Assembly: GCF_009914755.1 (NCBI RefSeq)
Contig: NC_060927.1
Length of the DNA: 64,000 nucleotides
Strand: one strand, 5' to 3'
Source of the DNA: the human T2T-CHM13v2.0 reference genome, Homo sapiens
The translations under genes and the position numbers were made by a program. Each line of letters starts with the position of its first letter. Positions within the stretch are counted from its first letter, which is position 1. Positions 11,401 to 23,723 of the stretch are shown here, in pieces. The notes beneath the pieces were generated by a model. The model saw nothing but the letters and a program-made list of their open reading frames with translations, was not told the origin of the DNA and made no database searches.

Positions 11401-14400
11401 TCTTCCAAATTTAAGGTAGGACGGTTGTAATTTTCCAGGAATTTATCCATCTCTTTTAGGTTTTCTAGTTTATGTGCATAAAGGTATTCTTTGCAGCCTT
11501 GAATGATCTTTTGTATTTCAGTGGTGTTAGTTATAATATCTCCCATTTCATTTCTTAATGAGGTTATTTGGATTTTCTCTCTTCCTTTCTTGGTTAATAT
11601 TGCTAATGGTCTATCAATTTTATTTATCTTTTCAAAGAACCAGCTTTTTCTTTCATTTCTCTTCTGCGGTCTTTTTTAAATTTCAATTTCATTTAGTTCT
11701 GCTCTGGTCTTGGTTATGTCCTTTCTTCTGCTGGGTTTGGGTTTTGTTTGTTCTTGTTTCTCTAGTTCCTAGAGGTGTGACCTTAGAATGTCAGTTTGTG
11801 CTGTTTCAGTCTTTTTGATGTAGGTGTTTAGGGCTATGAACTTTCCTCTTAGCATGGTCTTTGCTATATCCCAGAGGTTTTGGTAGGTTGTGTCATTATT
11901 GTCGTTCAGTTGGAATAATTTTTAATTTCCATCTTGATTTTGTTTTTGACCCAATGATCATCAGGAGCAGCTTATTTAATTTCCATGTATTTGCATGGTT
12001 TTGAAGGTTCCTTTTGGAGTTGATTTCCAGTTTTATTGCACTGGGATCTGAGAGAGTGCTTGATTTAATTTCAATTTTCTTAAATTTATTGAGATTCACT
12101 TTGTGGCCTATCTTATGGTTTATCTTGGAGAAAGTTCCATGCACTGTTGAATAGAATGTGTATTCTGCAGTTGTTGGATGAAATGTTCTGTATATATCTG
12201 TGAAGTCCATTTGTTCCAAGGTATAGTTTAAATCCATTGTTTCTTTGTTGACTTTTTGTCTTGATGACCTGTCCAGTGCTGTCAGTGGAGTATTGAAGTC
12301 CTCCACTTTTATTGTGTTGCTGTCTGTCTCATTTCTTAGGTCTATTAGTAGTTGTTTTATGAATTTGGGAGTTCCAGTGTTAGGTGCAAATATGTTTAGG
12401 ATTGTGATATTTTCCTTTTGGACAAGGCCTTTTACCGTTATATAATGTCCCTCTTTGTCTGTTTTAACTGCTGTGCTTTAAAGTTTGTTTTGTCTGATAT
12501 AATAGATACCCCTGCTCACTTTTGGTGTCCATTTGCATGAAATGCCCTTTCCCACCCCTTTACTTTAAGTTTATCTGAGTCCTTATATGTTAGGTGAGTT
12601 TTCTGAAGGCAGCAGGTGGTTGGTTGGTGAGTTCTTATCCATTCTGCAGTTCTGTATCTTTTAAGTGGAGCATTTAGGCCATTCACATTCAGTGTTAGTA
12701 TTGAGGTGTGAGGTACCATTGCATTAATGATGCCATTGTTGCCTGTGTACCTTGGTTTTTTGTTTTTGCTTTTAAAATTGTGTTTTTGTTTTATACGTCC
12801 TGTGTGATTTATGCTTTAAAGAGGTTCTGTTTTGATGTGTTTCCAGGATTTGTTTCAAGATTTAGAGCTCCTTTTAGCAGTTCTTGTAGTGGTGGTTTGG
12901 TAGTGGCAAATTCTCCAGGCATTTGTTTATCTGAAAAAGGCTGTGTTTTTTCTTCATATATGATGCTTAGTTTTGCTGGATATGAAATTCTTGGCTGATA
13001 ATTGTTTTGTTTGTGGAGGGTGAAGATAGGGCCCTTCTAGATTGTAGGGTTTCTACCGAGAAATCTGCTGTTAATCTGACAGGTTTTCCTTTATAGTTTA
13101 CCTGGTGTTTCTGTCTCACAGCTCTTAAGATTCTTTCCTTCGTCTTAACTTTAGATAACCTGATGACAATGTGCCTAGGCGATGATCTTTTTGCAATGAA
13201 TTTCCCATGTGTTCTTTGTACTTCTTATATTTGGATGTCTAGGTCTCCAGCAAGGTCAGGGAAGTTTTCCTCGATTATTCCCCCAAATATATTTTCCAAA
13301 CTTTTAGATTTCTCTTCTTCCTCAGGAACACTGATTTTTCTTAGGTTTGGTCGTTTAACATAATCCCAGTCTTCTTGGAGTCTTTTTTTGTATTTTCTTA
13401 TTCTTTTTTCTTTGTCTTTGTTAGACTGGGTAATTTGAAGACCTGAATTTCTTTCTTCTACTTGTTCAGTTGCATTGCTGAGACTTTCCAGAGCATTTTG
13501 CATTTCTCTAAGTGTGTCCAACGTTTCCTGAAGTTTTTCTTTATGCTATCTATTTCCTTGAATATTTCTCCCTTCACTTCTTGTACCTTGTTTTTGGATT
13601 TCCTTCATTGGGCTTTTCCTTTCTCTGGTACCTCCCTAATTAGCTTAATAACTAACCTCTTGAATTCTTTCTCAGATAAATCAGGGATTTCTTCTTGGTT
13701 TGGACCCATTGCTGGTGAGCTAGTGTGATTTTTGGGGGATATTAAGGAGATTTGTTTTGTCATATTACCAGAGTTAGTTTTCTGGTTCCTTCTCATTTGG
13801 GTAGGCTCTGTCAGGGGGAAGGTCTAGGGCTGAAGGCTGTTCAGATTCTTTTGTCCCATGGGGTGTTCCCTTGATGTAGTACTCTCCCCCTTTTCCTACG
13901 GATGTGGCTTCCTGTGAGCAGAGCTGTAGTGATTGTTATCTCTCTTCTGAGTCTAGCCACCCAGCAAGTCTACCCAGCTCCAGGTTGGTACTGGGGGTTG
14001 TCTGCACAGAGTCCTGTGATGTGAACCATCTATGGGTCACTCAGCCATAGATACCCGCCCCTGTTCTGGTGAAAGTGGCAGGGGAATGAAATGGACTCTG
14101 TCAGCGTTCTTGGCTTTGGTGGTTTAATGCTCTATTTTGTGGTGGTTGGCCTCCTGCCAGCACGTGGTGCTTTCCAGAGAGCATAAGCTATGGTAGTATG
14201 GAGAGGAACTGGTGGTGGGCAGGGCCTTGTAACTCCCCAGAGTATATGCCCTTTGTCTTCAGCTACCAGGGTGTGCAGGGAAGGCCCATCAGGTTGGGGC
14301 AGGGCCAGGCATGTCTGAGCTCAGACTCTCCTTGGGCATATCTTGCTTCAGCTGCTGTCGGGAATGGGGGTGAGCTTCCCAGGTCACTGGAGTTGCGTAC

Positions 14401-15210
14401 CTAAGAGGATTATCACTACCTCTGTTGAGTCATGCAGGTTGTCAGGGAAGTGGGGAAAGCTGGCAATCACAGGCCTCACCCAGCTCCCACGCAATCTGAA
14501 GGGCGGTCTCACTTCCACCATGAACCCCCACAAACAGCCCCGAGTCTGTGTCCAGGCAGTGGGCAAGCAGGGCTTGAGAACTTGCCCCAGGCTACCTGCC
14601 TCCCAGCTTGGAAAGAAAAGGACTTTGGTTCTTCCCCTGCTTGTGGAGTCTGCATGCCGGATTCTTGTTCTGCCCCGAGTTCTGGCCAGGAGGCTTCTTG
14701 CCTGGTTCAAATTGTTACAAAGTTTAGCTAAAGATTTCCTTCTGTTTGTGGCATTTCCCCCCACACCTCTGGCTACCCTCTTGAAGGATCCCTGTGGTGC
14801 CAGGCAAGAGTGGCCTACTTGGGGACCCGGGAAGCTCCCAGGGCCTTTCCCGCTGCTTGCTCTACCCCTGTATTTTGCTTGGCTCTCTAAATTGACTCAG
14901 CTTCAGGCAAGGTCAGAAACTTCTCCTGCAAACTAGACCCTTATTTTCCCCAGTGGGGGTATGTGTTCGGGAGCAGTGAATCTTCTTTTCCCACTTCCGC
15001 AGTTGGGGCACTCACAGCATTTGGGGGTCTCCTGGGTCCTGCAGGAGTAGTCTGCTTCCTTCAGAGGGTCTGTGGGTCCTCTTGGGATTCCTGGTTTGTT
15101 CTTGCAGTCGTTCTGCAGCTAAAATTCACAATACAAGCCTCTGCACACTGCTCTGTCTGTACAAGTCAGAGCTGTAAGCTAGTCCTGTCTCCTGTCCGCC
15201 ATGATGATCA
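8440..15210 (-). mobile_element. Near full-length degenerate L1PB element (5'UTR, ORF1, ORF2, 3'UTR)
   Basis: Minus-strand ORF fragments match L1 ORF1 (13225-13796), endonuclease (SILTLNVNGLN at 12516-12719; 11896-12306), RT (10565-11131, QGCPLSP..FADHM) and the C-terminal domain (9478-9963). The 3' end is L1PB-type (ataggttattggggatacaggtgg). Many stops and frameshifts. Confidence 0.9.
10405..10449. repeat. (ATTTT)n pentanucleotide repeat inside the L1
   Basis: Visible tattttattttattttatttt run. Confidence 0.85.
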
Positions 15211-15369
15211 GAAACTCCCACCCTTTTACTTCTTAATAGTACTATGGCCTGTAAGATGCAGTGGAGGCGAGGTCTGCAGTTGCTTCTTAGCGACTGGATT
15301 ATGCTCCTTTCTTGGGGGAGTGCATGTGGAGCCTGACTTCCTCTGCTGCCCCAGCTACAGCTGTTAATT

Positions 15370-15508
15370 GATTTCATTCTTTTTTTATGGCCCAATAGTA
15401 TTCCATTGTGCATATCTACCACATTTTCTTCATCCATTCATCTGTTGATGGACAGTTAGGTTGATTCCATATCATGGCTATCATGAATAGTGCTTCAATA
15501 ATCATGGG
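15370..15508 (-). mobile_element. L1MA fragment (right half of the element at 7715-8192)
   Basis: atttcattcttttttatggcccaatagtattccattgtg...catctgttgatggac continues the L1 3' UTR. Confidence 0.75.
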
Positions 15509-15568
15509 TGATTTCTCTGACCAAGAGAATATGGTAGAAGTGACACTGAACAAGTTCTGGTTGTAGAA

Positions 15569-16126
15569 TGTAATGCCCAACCTTGTTTTTACTAACGCTG
15601 TTTTTAGACTCTCCCTTTCCTTTAATCACCTAGCCTTGTTTCCACCTGAATTGACTCTCCTTTAGCTAAGAGAGCCAGACAGACTCCATCTTGGCTCTTT
15701 CACTCGCAGCCCCTTCCTCAAGGACTTAACTTGTGCAAGCTGACTCCCAGCACATCCAAGAATGCAATTAACTGATAAGATACTGTGGCAAGCTATATCC
15801 GCAGTTCCCAGGAATTCGTCCGATTGATAATGCCCCAAGCCCCGCGTCTATCATCTTGTAATAGTCTTAAAGCTCCTGCACCTGGAACTGTTTACCTTCC
15901 TGTAACCATTTATCCTTTTAACTTTTTTGCCTACTTTACTTCTGTAAAATTGTTTTAACTAGACCGCTCCTCCCCTTTCTAAACCAAAGTATAAAAGAAA
16001 ATCTAGCCCCTTCTTCGGGGCCAAGAGAACTTTGAGCATTAGCCGTCTCTTGGCCGCCGGCTAAATAAACGGACTCTTAATTCATCTCAAATTGTGGTGT
16101 TTTCTCTAACTCGCTCAGGTACAACA
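15569..16126 (+). mobile_element. ERV1 solo LTR, LTR6A/LTR6B-like (HERV-S71 group)
   Basis: TG...CA termini (tgtaatgcccaacc...ggtacaaca), TATAAAA at about 15990 and AATAAA at about 16064. Resembles the recalled LTR6 consensus. No perfect TSD seen. Confidence 0.75.
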
Positions 16127-16500
16127 GACTGCCAGAGGTCTTATTTTCCACTGTTGCTGTCTTAGAATTCAACTGCTATGTGAAGAAGCAAGGTTATTCT
16201 GTTGAGGAGGCTTCAGGAAGAAAGAGGCCCTAGCGGAGAAAAGACTATGAGGTAAAGAAAGGTCCAGCTGACTTAGCCTTTCTAATCAACTAGCTAAGAC
16301 CCAGACAGGTGAGAAAGGCCAACTTGGATTCTCCAGCTCCAGCTGAGCTTCCAGATGACTCAGCTAAATAAACATGAGGAACAAAGCTATCTCTGCAGAG
16401 TCCTGCCCAAATTGCATGGTCATAAGCAAATGAATGGTGATTGTATCTTAAATCCCTAAGTTTTGAGGTGACCTGTTGCGTAGCAATAAATAACTTACAC
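16127..16500 (+). mobile_element. Old MLT1 (G/H-like) LTR 3' part; 5' parts at ~5530-5544, ~7641-7710 and ~15510-15568
   Basis: ctgctatgtgaagaagc...cccaaattgc...taagttttgaggtg...tagcaataaataacttacac is an MLT1-type 3' end. Confidence 0.6.
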
Positions 16501-17892
16501 TGATCATTTCATTAAATAATTATACTTTACTAAATGGAAAGAATTAGGACCCAGAATATTATCTTGTCAACATGTAAAGGATAGTGCTGATTCACACAGG
16601 ACATTGCAAATTTCAACCCGTCTTGCTCAGATCAGCTTATGACTTCCTACTACTATTTTTAGGACTAGTGTTTATACGGGACTATTTCTCAGATGATTCT
16701 CTTGCTTAGTTACTACAAATTTGGGGTTTGCCTTTCACTTGAATTGGGCTTTCTAGAACGAAAAGAAGAAAAATCAAACTATTTCCTACACTGTGCCTCT
16801 CAACTTAACCATGACTGTTTCTCTGCTCTTTTAATCTTTACTATACACCTCTGCCAACCAGCTCAGACTTTGGAGATGGAAAATGGAAGAAATAAAAGAG
16901 AAAGTGAAAAAGAAAGATAAAGGAAACGAATCTGCAGAGATAAACAGAGGAACTGATGTTCTCTAGAGCAAAATGAAGAAGTAAATTTGAAACTAAAAAA
17001 GACTTTCGGGAGTTCCTTTTCTTTCATCTTCTAGAGCACAGAGAGCTTCATTCAGGGTTACATGAATCAGAGTCCAGCATCTCCCATGGGCACATATTTT
17101 AGTTTCATGGACAATAAACTTCCACTAGTGTTAAATGAGTTACTTTCCACAAAATGATGCCTCCAGGAACCAATCAGCCCCGAAGATCCTATCTGGAACA
17201 CCTGGCTCTGGGGAGAGTAGGAAGTTCCTAAGAACAAAGGGCTATAGAGAAAAGAAGATGCAAAGAAAGGTGCATGAGCCGGTGACTTCCTTTTGGCCTG
17301 GAAAAGCTTTTTGGATCCCTTTCTCCCTGCCCTCCCTTAACCACTAGGTGGAAACGGAGGGTGCTTTATTGTACAGATGTACTAAAGGATGAGTTTAAGG
17401 TTTCTCTGTTATTAGTAGCTCAGAGCTTCCAACAGTGAAGCAGCAGCAAAGGGCACTGGTGGTTTCCCAAGTGGAGACGCTCAGAGGCTCCGTCCTGAGA
17501 TGGGGAAGTTGGGATTAGCCTTCATCAATGCTGCAGGAGGTATGATAAGCAGGTTTCTATGTTCTTAACTTTCCAGTGGGGTCACAGTGCAGGTTGTAGG
17601 GAAATAAAGGGGATTTCCGAGCCTCTTGACCCTTCCAGGTACAAGCTCATTAAAAACCTGCTAAAAAGAATAAGTGAATAAAATGAAACAAAAAAGAGTG
17701 GTTGTACAGACAACAGAAATATAGGCTCTTGATGAATTTTAGCAGGCTTTTCTGAAAATCTGGCTATCTTTAAGGCCATGAGTATTCCCATAAAGTAACA
17801 AATAAATGACCTATTAAACAAAATGCCATTTAATCTCTTACCATTTGCTACTTTGCTATAAACTTGATTCACTTCTTTTGGGAGAATTACCC

Positions 17893-17990
17893 CAGAGTAG
17901 TGGTTACCAAACTTCAGCAGACATCAACTCACTTGGAGGACTTGTTAAAACGCAGATTGCTGGGTGCCACCCCAGGATTTCAGATTCATT
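17893..17990. mobile_element. MER5A-like hAT fragment
   Basis: agtggttaccaaactt...cttgttaaaacgcagattgctggg...cagattca. Confidence 0.65.
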
Positions 17991-18561
17991 AGTTTTCTTA
18001 TTTTGTTTAATGGATTATAATCTGTTATATGTATTATTTACTATTTTTAGGACTTACGTATAACATAATAAAATAATGTTATTTATTATAAACACTTATT
18101 ATTTATAATAATGTTTATTTTTAAGCATTATTTATTTTGATGCTGAAATTGTCCACCATTTGATAATGGGGAGTTTTTTCAAGCTGGATTCTGTGTGTCC
18201 ATTTGATATACACTCATTGTATCTTGCTTTCTGCACAAGATATTCCTGGCTCACCTATGACTTTCTCTGCTGCAGTCCTGGAATTAGCCATTTTCCAAGG
18301 AGCCATGTTACTCTTAGTGGAAACTTGTATTTACAAATCAAGTTCTGGGTTTTGGGTGTGCTCATTGTTAACAGGGTATCACTGCTTCCAGGCCAGAGCT
18401 AGAGAATAGGTGTATGTAAATATGTGATATATATAAAAAATATGTACAAATGTTCATGTGTGTTTATATAAACACACTTTTGTGTCTACATTTATTTATT
18501 GTTTATATATAATATATATTATTAGATATATTTAAAATATATAAAATATTCTCTTTCTCTT

Positions 18562-18690
18562 TGTATGTGTGTGTATATACATGTATATACATATACATAT
18601 ATGTATATGTATATACATGTATATACATATACATATATGTATATGTATATACACGTGTATGTATATATGAGAATACATATATATATATTA
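18562..18690. repeat. Palindromic TA/CA/TG low-complexity minisatellite
   Basis: A ~36-nt unit gtatatacatgtatatacatatacatatatgtatat is repeated. The ORF track gives the same YTCIYIYIYVYVYT peptide on both strands. Confidence 0.85.
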
Positions 18691-19514
18691 TGATTCATGT
18701 GGTACATTCAGTTCCAACGCAACACTATAGGTTTTTATGCTAAAGGCACAATAAAAATTATTTACTTCAAGTATTGGCAAAAGAAATAATATCACATCCC
18801 TTCCTTTGAAATACTTGAATTTGTTGTATTCGTCGTAACAGTTTTCCTCCTTTGCATGAGAAGTTCCTGACTTCATTCATGCATTTGTCTGACAGCCCTC
18901 TTTCCTGGAGGTATTGCTTCCTTCAGAATTAACGGCACGTAGCTTTTCTTTCTCTTTATTTCTGATGACCTGTTTTGAAATTCTCATGGAACTCCCATTA
19001 TCTCCCCTTCCATGTTTGTAATGTCCTTCCCCTTCTCATCTATACAGGTGGGCAATGCAGCATGGGAAGTCAGAGCCAGAGCTCTGAAGGAGAAATTTGG
19101 CTCCCGGCATCCTCCTGTGCTTGCCTGTTTGATCCGTCATCCTCTTTGTAGCCAGTCTCTGAGCTCCACTAGCTCCACTACCACTGCCCATCCATGCGGG
19201 GACCCCCTTGGTTCTGTGTCTGGGCTCTGACTCCCTGTTCCAGGCGGCCACTCCGTGTGGACACCCTCCCCACTCAGCTCCGGCTCGGGCTTCCTGCACT
19301 GCATTGCTGGCCTGCCTAGATGCCCTCCTGACTGCTCTTTGTCCCTGAAGGCCACCCTCCTCTCCCTGCTCTGGCTTTGATTTTCTACCCAGGGTGCTCT
19401 CCTGCCCTGCTTGGTTGGGCTCTGTCTCTCCGTGACAGGTCACCCTCCCCTCCCCCCACCCTCATCCTATTGATGCCTTCTTTATCCTGCCTGGGCTCTG
19501 GCATCTCATGCTAG

Positions 19515-20066
<552 letters not shown>

Positions 20067-21802
20067 CTACTCTGGGCCACTGCCCCACTCTACCCCTACC
20101 ACAGACACCTGCCTTGTTCTTCCTCAGCTAATGACTTTAGAACTGAAATGTTCAGGAAGGGAAGGCCTCAACTGGATTGTTTAAAATATAAAGAAATGGA
20201 AGCCCCACGGTTTGCCCAGAGTCACACAGCAAATTAGTGGCAGCATCGGTACAAATCCAGTTCTCCCTGAGTGTAAGTTGGGTGAAGACACGGATCTTGT
20301 CTTTTGTTCACTACTTTATCCCCAGTGCCTAGCACAATGTCTGCATTGAGTAGAATGAAAGAATAAATGAATTATTTCCTGTTTAACTCTTTTCCTTTTC
20401 TTCTTTGTCATCTTGGTATGTGTGTATTGTATGTATGTGTAAATACTGGTGACCCTTTACACATTTGTCTCTTATCAGTAGTAATTAATGCCCTTACATA
20501 AATGTCAACATCTTAATTTCTGTGCCTAGGAATTTCTTCAATTCCATGAATTTCTGGAGTTTCTAGCTGGATAGATGGCAAGCCTTATAAACCTTGTCAT
20601 GTGGCTAAGGACATGGAAGCCCTATAAAGCAGCAGTCATTACAGCATCCCAGGACTCCAGGACTTCCACCAACTGTGGAAGAGAGGATGTGTGATCACCA
20701 TCAAAATTAGTTTTCTAGTCATTAGACTATAATCCCTTCAAAAGATTCAGAACCCTACAAGAGAAAAACACCATCACCAGATGGCAAACTTGAGACCCAG
20801 GATCCCTTCCTTCAGTCACACTGTTCAACTAAGACCATTCTGCAGATGACCACACAGGGCAGTGTTTCTAAAGCATGTGTTGAAGAACCCTGTCTCTGAG
20901 AGATCCTTCTTGAGAAGAGGATTCTGAGTTCAAATAACATTGAGAACATACTTGCATACATGTCTTCTCTAGCAGTTCACAATGGACATGAACATTGTGA
21001 ATGCTCTAAGAAATGCTAGAGTGGAGAAAACTGTTTAACTTTGTGTTACCTGGCTTCATCCAAAGGTACTTAACCATAAAGCTCCTGTGTAGAATAATAC
21101 CAGTTTCAGTCTCATTTCCTCATTCATGCAAAGGGCAAACACATTATGTTACCTGGGGCTTTTACACAGAGTGAATGAGATAAACATGTGTAAAGTATAA
21201 AGCACCATCCTTGGTATACACTACACATATGATAGGTGTTAATTCCTTTTCTTAGATTTATTTATTATTTATTGAAAACCATTGTTTTATTATTGAAAAA
21301 GTTATATATATTTATTTATAATAATAGAAAGAATACACAAGGCTAAAACTTCAAACTATAAAAGGGATATAAAATTTTAAAACTCTCTCCTACCTCAGAT
21401 TCCTCAGATTCCCAAGAGGAACTTTTTCATGTACCTTTCCAGACATTTTCTGTGCATGTGTATGCAGACATATCAGAAACAGATTTTTAAAGATCTATTC
21501 CCAGTAAATGAGGTAATGGGTTTGCATTCATTTGTGTTGTACTTCTGCAGCAGTACTTCTAAGTTCTTCCATTTTGTGCTACCTCAATTTGTTTTTCTGA
21601 AATTCTTGGGAGGGGTAAAGTTAGGGCCTTATGTTTATAGCAAAACATTTATAAAGTGAATGTCACAGAGAATTGGAAACCCCCATAGTGTTTGGGGGTT
21701 AACTAAAGGTCAGTTTAAGTGTAAAGCCTTTTTTGGTAAAGCCTTGCTGAATACTTCCTGAAGGAATTAATGGGCTGGTATGTAGGTAGTAACGGGCTAG
21801 TA

Positions 21803-22173
21803 CATAGGTTTCCAATTTATGATGGTTTTTTTCACTTCTGATTTTTCAACTTCACCATGGTGCAAAAGCAATATGCATTCAGTAGAAACCATGTTTGGGG
21901 TACCCATACAACCATTCTGTTTTTCACTTTCACTACAGTATTCAATATATCACATGGGATATTCGCCACTTTATTATAAAATAGGCTTTGTGATAGATGA
22001 TTTTGCCCAATTTTATGCTATTGTATGTGTTTTGGGCACATTTAAGGTAGGCTAGCCTAAGCAAGGATGTTCAGCAGGTTAGGTGTATATTTAATGCGTT
22101 TTGACTTAAGATATTTTTTAACTTAAGGTGGATTTATTGGGATGTAATCTTATTGTAAGTCAAGGAGCACCTG
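21803..22173 (-). mobile_element. MER47A-like Tigger-family MITE
   Basis: atatgcattcagtagaaacc...cccatacaaccattctgtttttcactttc...ttgtaagtcaaggagcacctg matches the reverse of recalled MER47A. Confidence 0.75.
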
Positions 22174-22540
22174 CACTCCATAATAATTAAATATGATGAT
22201 CTTTTATTTTAGCAGTTATGACTTGCCTTATAGGTGGCTATATCTAGGTATCTCACCCCTGAGAAATTATGAGTTCTTTGAGGACCCTGTTCATGTCTTG
22301 TACCAATTCAAACACATTAAAGGCATTTAATATGGATTTGATGAAGCAAGGGAGTGTCCAGAGAAGACCAGAGCATCTGTTCTCTCTACCAAAACAAAAC
22401 TGTGATTGAGGAGGTGAATGTTCATGTATCTGTTCTTCCCTGTAAGGGTAGAGGGTAGGGAAGGAGAACATGGGAGCCTGGGCAGGAGAGGGTCAGAGCT
22501 GCATCTATAGAGAGACACCAGTTTGTAGTTACTCTGATGA

Positions 22541-22923
22541 TGTATTAGTTTCCCAGGGCTGCTCTAATAAAGTACCACAAACTGGGTGGCTTAAACAACA
22601 TAAATTTGTTGTCTTACAGTTTGGGTGGCTAGAAGTCAAGTCAAGGTGTCAGCAGAGCCAGTTCCTTCTGAGGACTCTCTCTTGTAGATGGCCGTCTTCT
22701 CTCTCTGTCTCTTCAGATCATCTTTCTGTATTCATGTCTGTGTTCAGATTTCTTCTTCTTATGAGGACACCAGCCATATTGATTAGTGACCACCCTAACA
22801 AACTCGTTTTAACTCGATCACCTCTGCAGTAACCACATCTCCATGTGAGGCCTCATTCTGAGGTACCGAAGGTTAGGACTCCAACATATGAATGTTGGAG
22901 GGGACACAATTCAGCCCATAGCA
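22541..22923 (-). mobile_element. MLT1A/B-like MaLR LTR
   Basis: tgtattagtttcccagggctgc...taccacaaactgggtggcttaaacaaca...gggacacaattcagcccatagca. Confidence 0.8.
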
Positions 22924-23259
22924 GGTGGGTTATCATGCTGGGCTTTAGTGCTTGTCAAGACCCAGCCTGTGCCAGTATGCACACTCACCAACTGCATCTG
23001 TCAAAATGTAGGCTCCTTAAAGAAATGCAAGCGCTAAAAACCATGTGTGGTGATTGCCATTTATCCTCTTATTGACAACCTAGTTCATTTCCCCGAGAGA
23101 GTGTTTTGTGTGGTCTGAAGCACCTGCCAGTCTATCTCTGCTGTACCCTCCCAAGACAAAAATACAGGAAGCCGAGCCATAGGTGACTACTGGCAACCAC
23201 TGCCTTTGTGATTTCCTCTTTGGTTTCTTCTATTTTGTTCCCTTCCTTCACTCTGTGGC

Positions 23260-23608
23260 TTGTCTGGGCATTCACTCTTTGACCCTTGTGGCTAGTCCCT
23301 CCCCTTCTTCTTTATTGCCCTGAGTTATCTCCCTATTCCCATAACTCTAATCACTTTTTTCATGTTCTCCTTGAGTGAAGGATGAGGAAATTGAAAGCAG
23401 AGTATGCACCTTTTATTAGGAGATTCAAACTGCATCCTACTGGATTAGCCTCAAAAGTCCTAAAATACAAAGACATCCATCTGACAGATCACTGAGGGGA
23501 GGACTTGTTTTTCTGTTTTAGAATAGTTTCCGATTAAACTTTTTAGCTCAAGAAGAAAAGAAGCTAGTTATTTCTCACCCAGGAGTGGATTTGTGGTTTG
23601 GCTTCACC
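23260..23608 (+). promoter_or_regulatory. ADGRG7: Putative ADGRG7 proximal promoter and 5' leader (non-CpG-island)
   Basis: Directly upstream of the ATG. HNF4/DR1-like GGGTCAAAGAGTG (minus, 23273-23285), CDX-type TTTATTGC (23311-23318) and GATA TTATCT (23325-23330). The exact TSS cannot be determined from sequence. Confidence 0.5.
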
Positions 23609-23723
23609 ATGGCTTCCTGCCGTGCCTGGAACCTTAGGGTGCTGGTGGCTGTCGTGTGTGGACTACTGACTGGCATCATTTTGGGACTGGGCATCTGGAG
23701 GATTGTGATCAGGATCCAAAGAG
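23609..23723 (+). CDS. ADGRG7: Adhesion GPCR G7 (GPR128) coding exon 1: MASCRAWNLRVLVAVVCGLLTGIILGLGIWRIVIRIQR-G
   Basis: Good Kozak (CACCATGG), recognised ADGRG7 N-terminus, donor AG|GTAATG, phase 1. Confidence 0.95.

Noticed and set aside
14198-15437. Overlapping 100-197 aa ORFs on both strands
   Set aside because: They lie in the GC-rich L1PB 5' UTR, where stop codons are rare, and show no recognisable domain.
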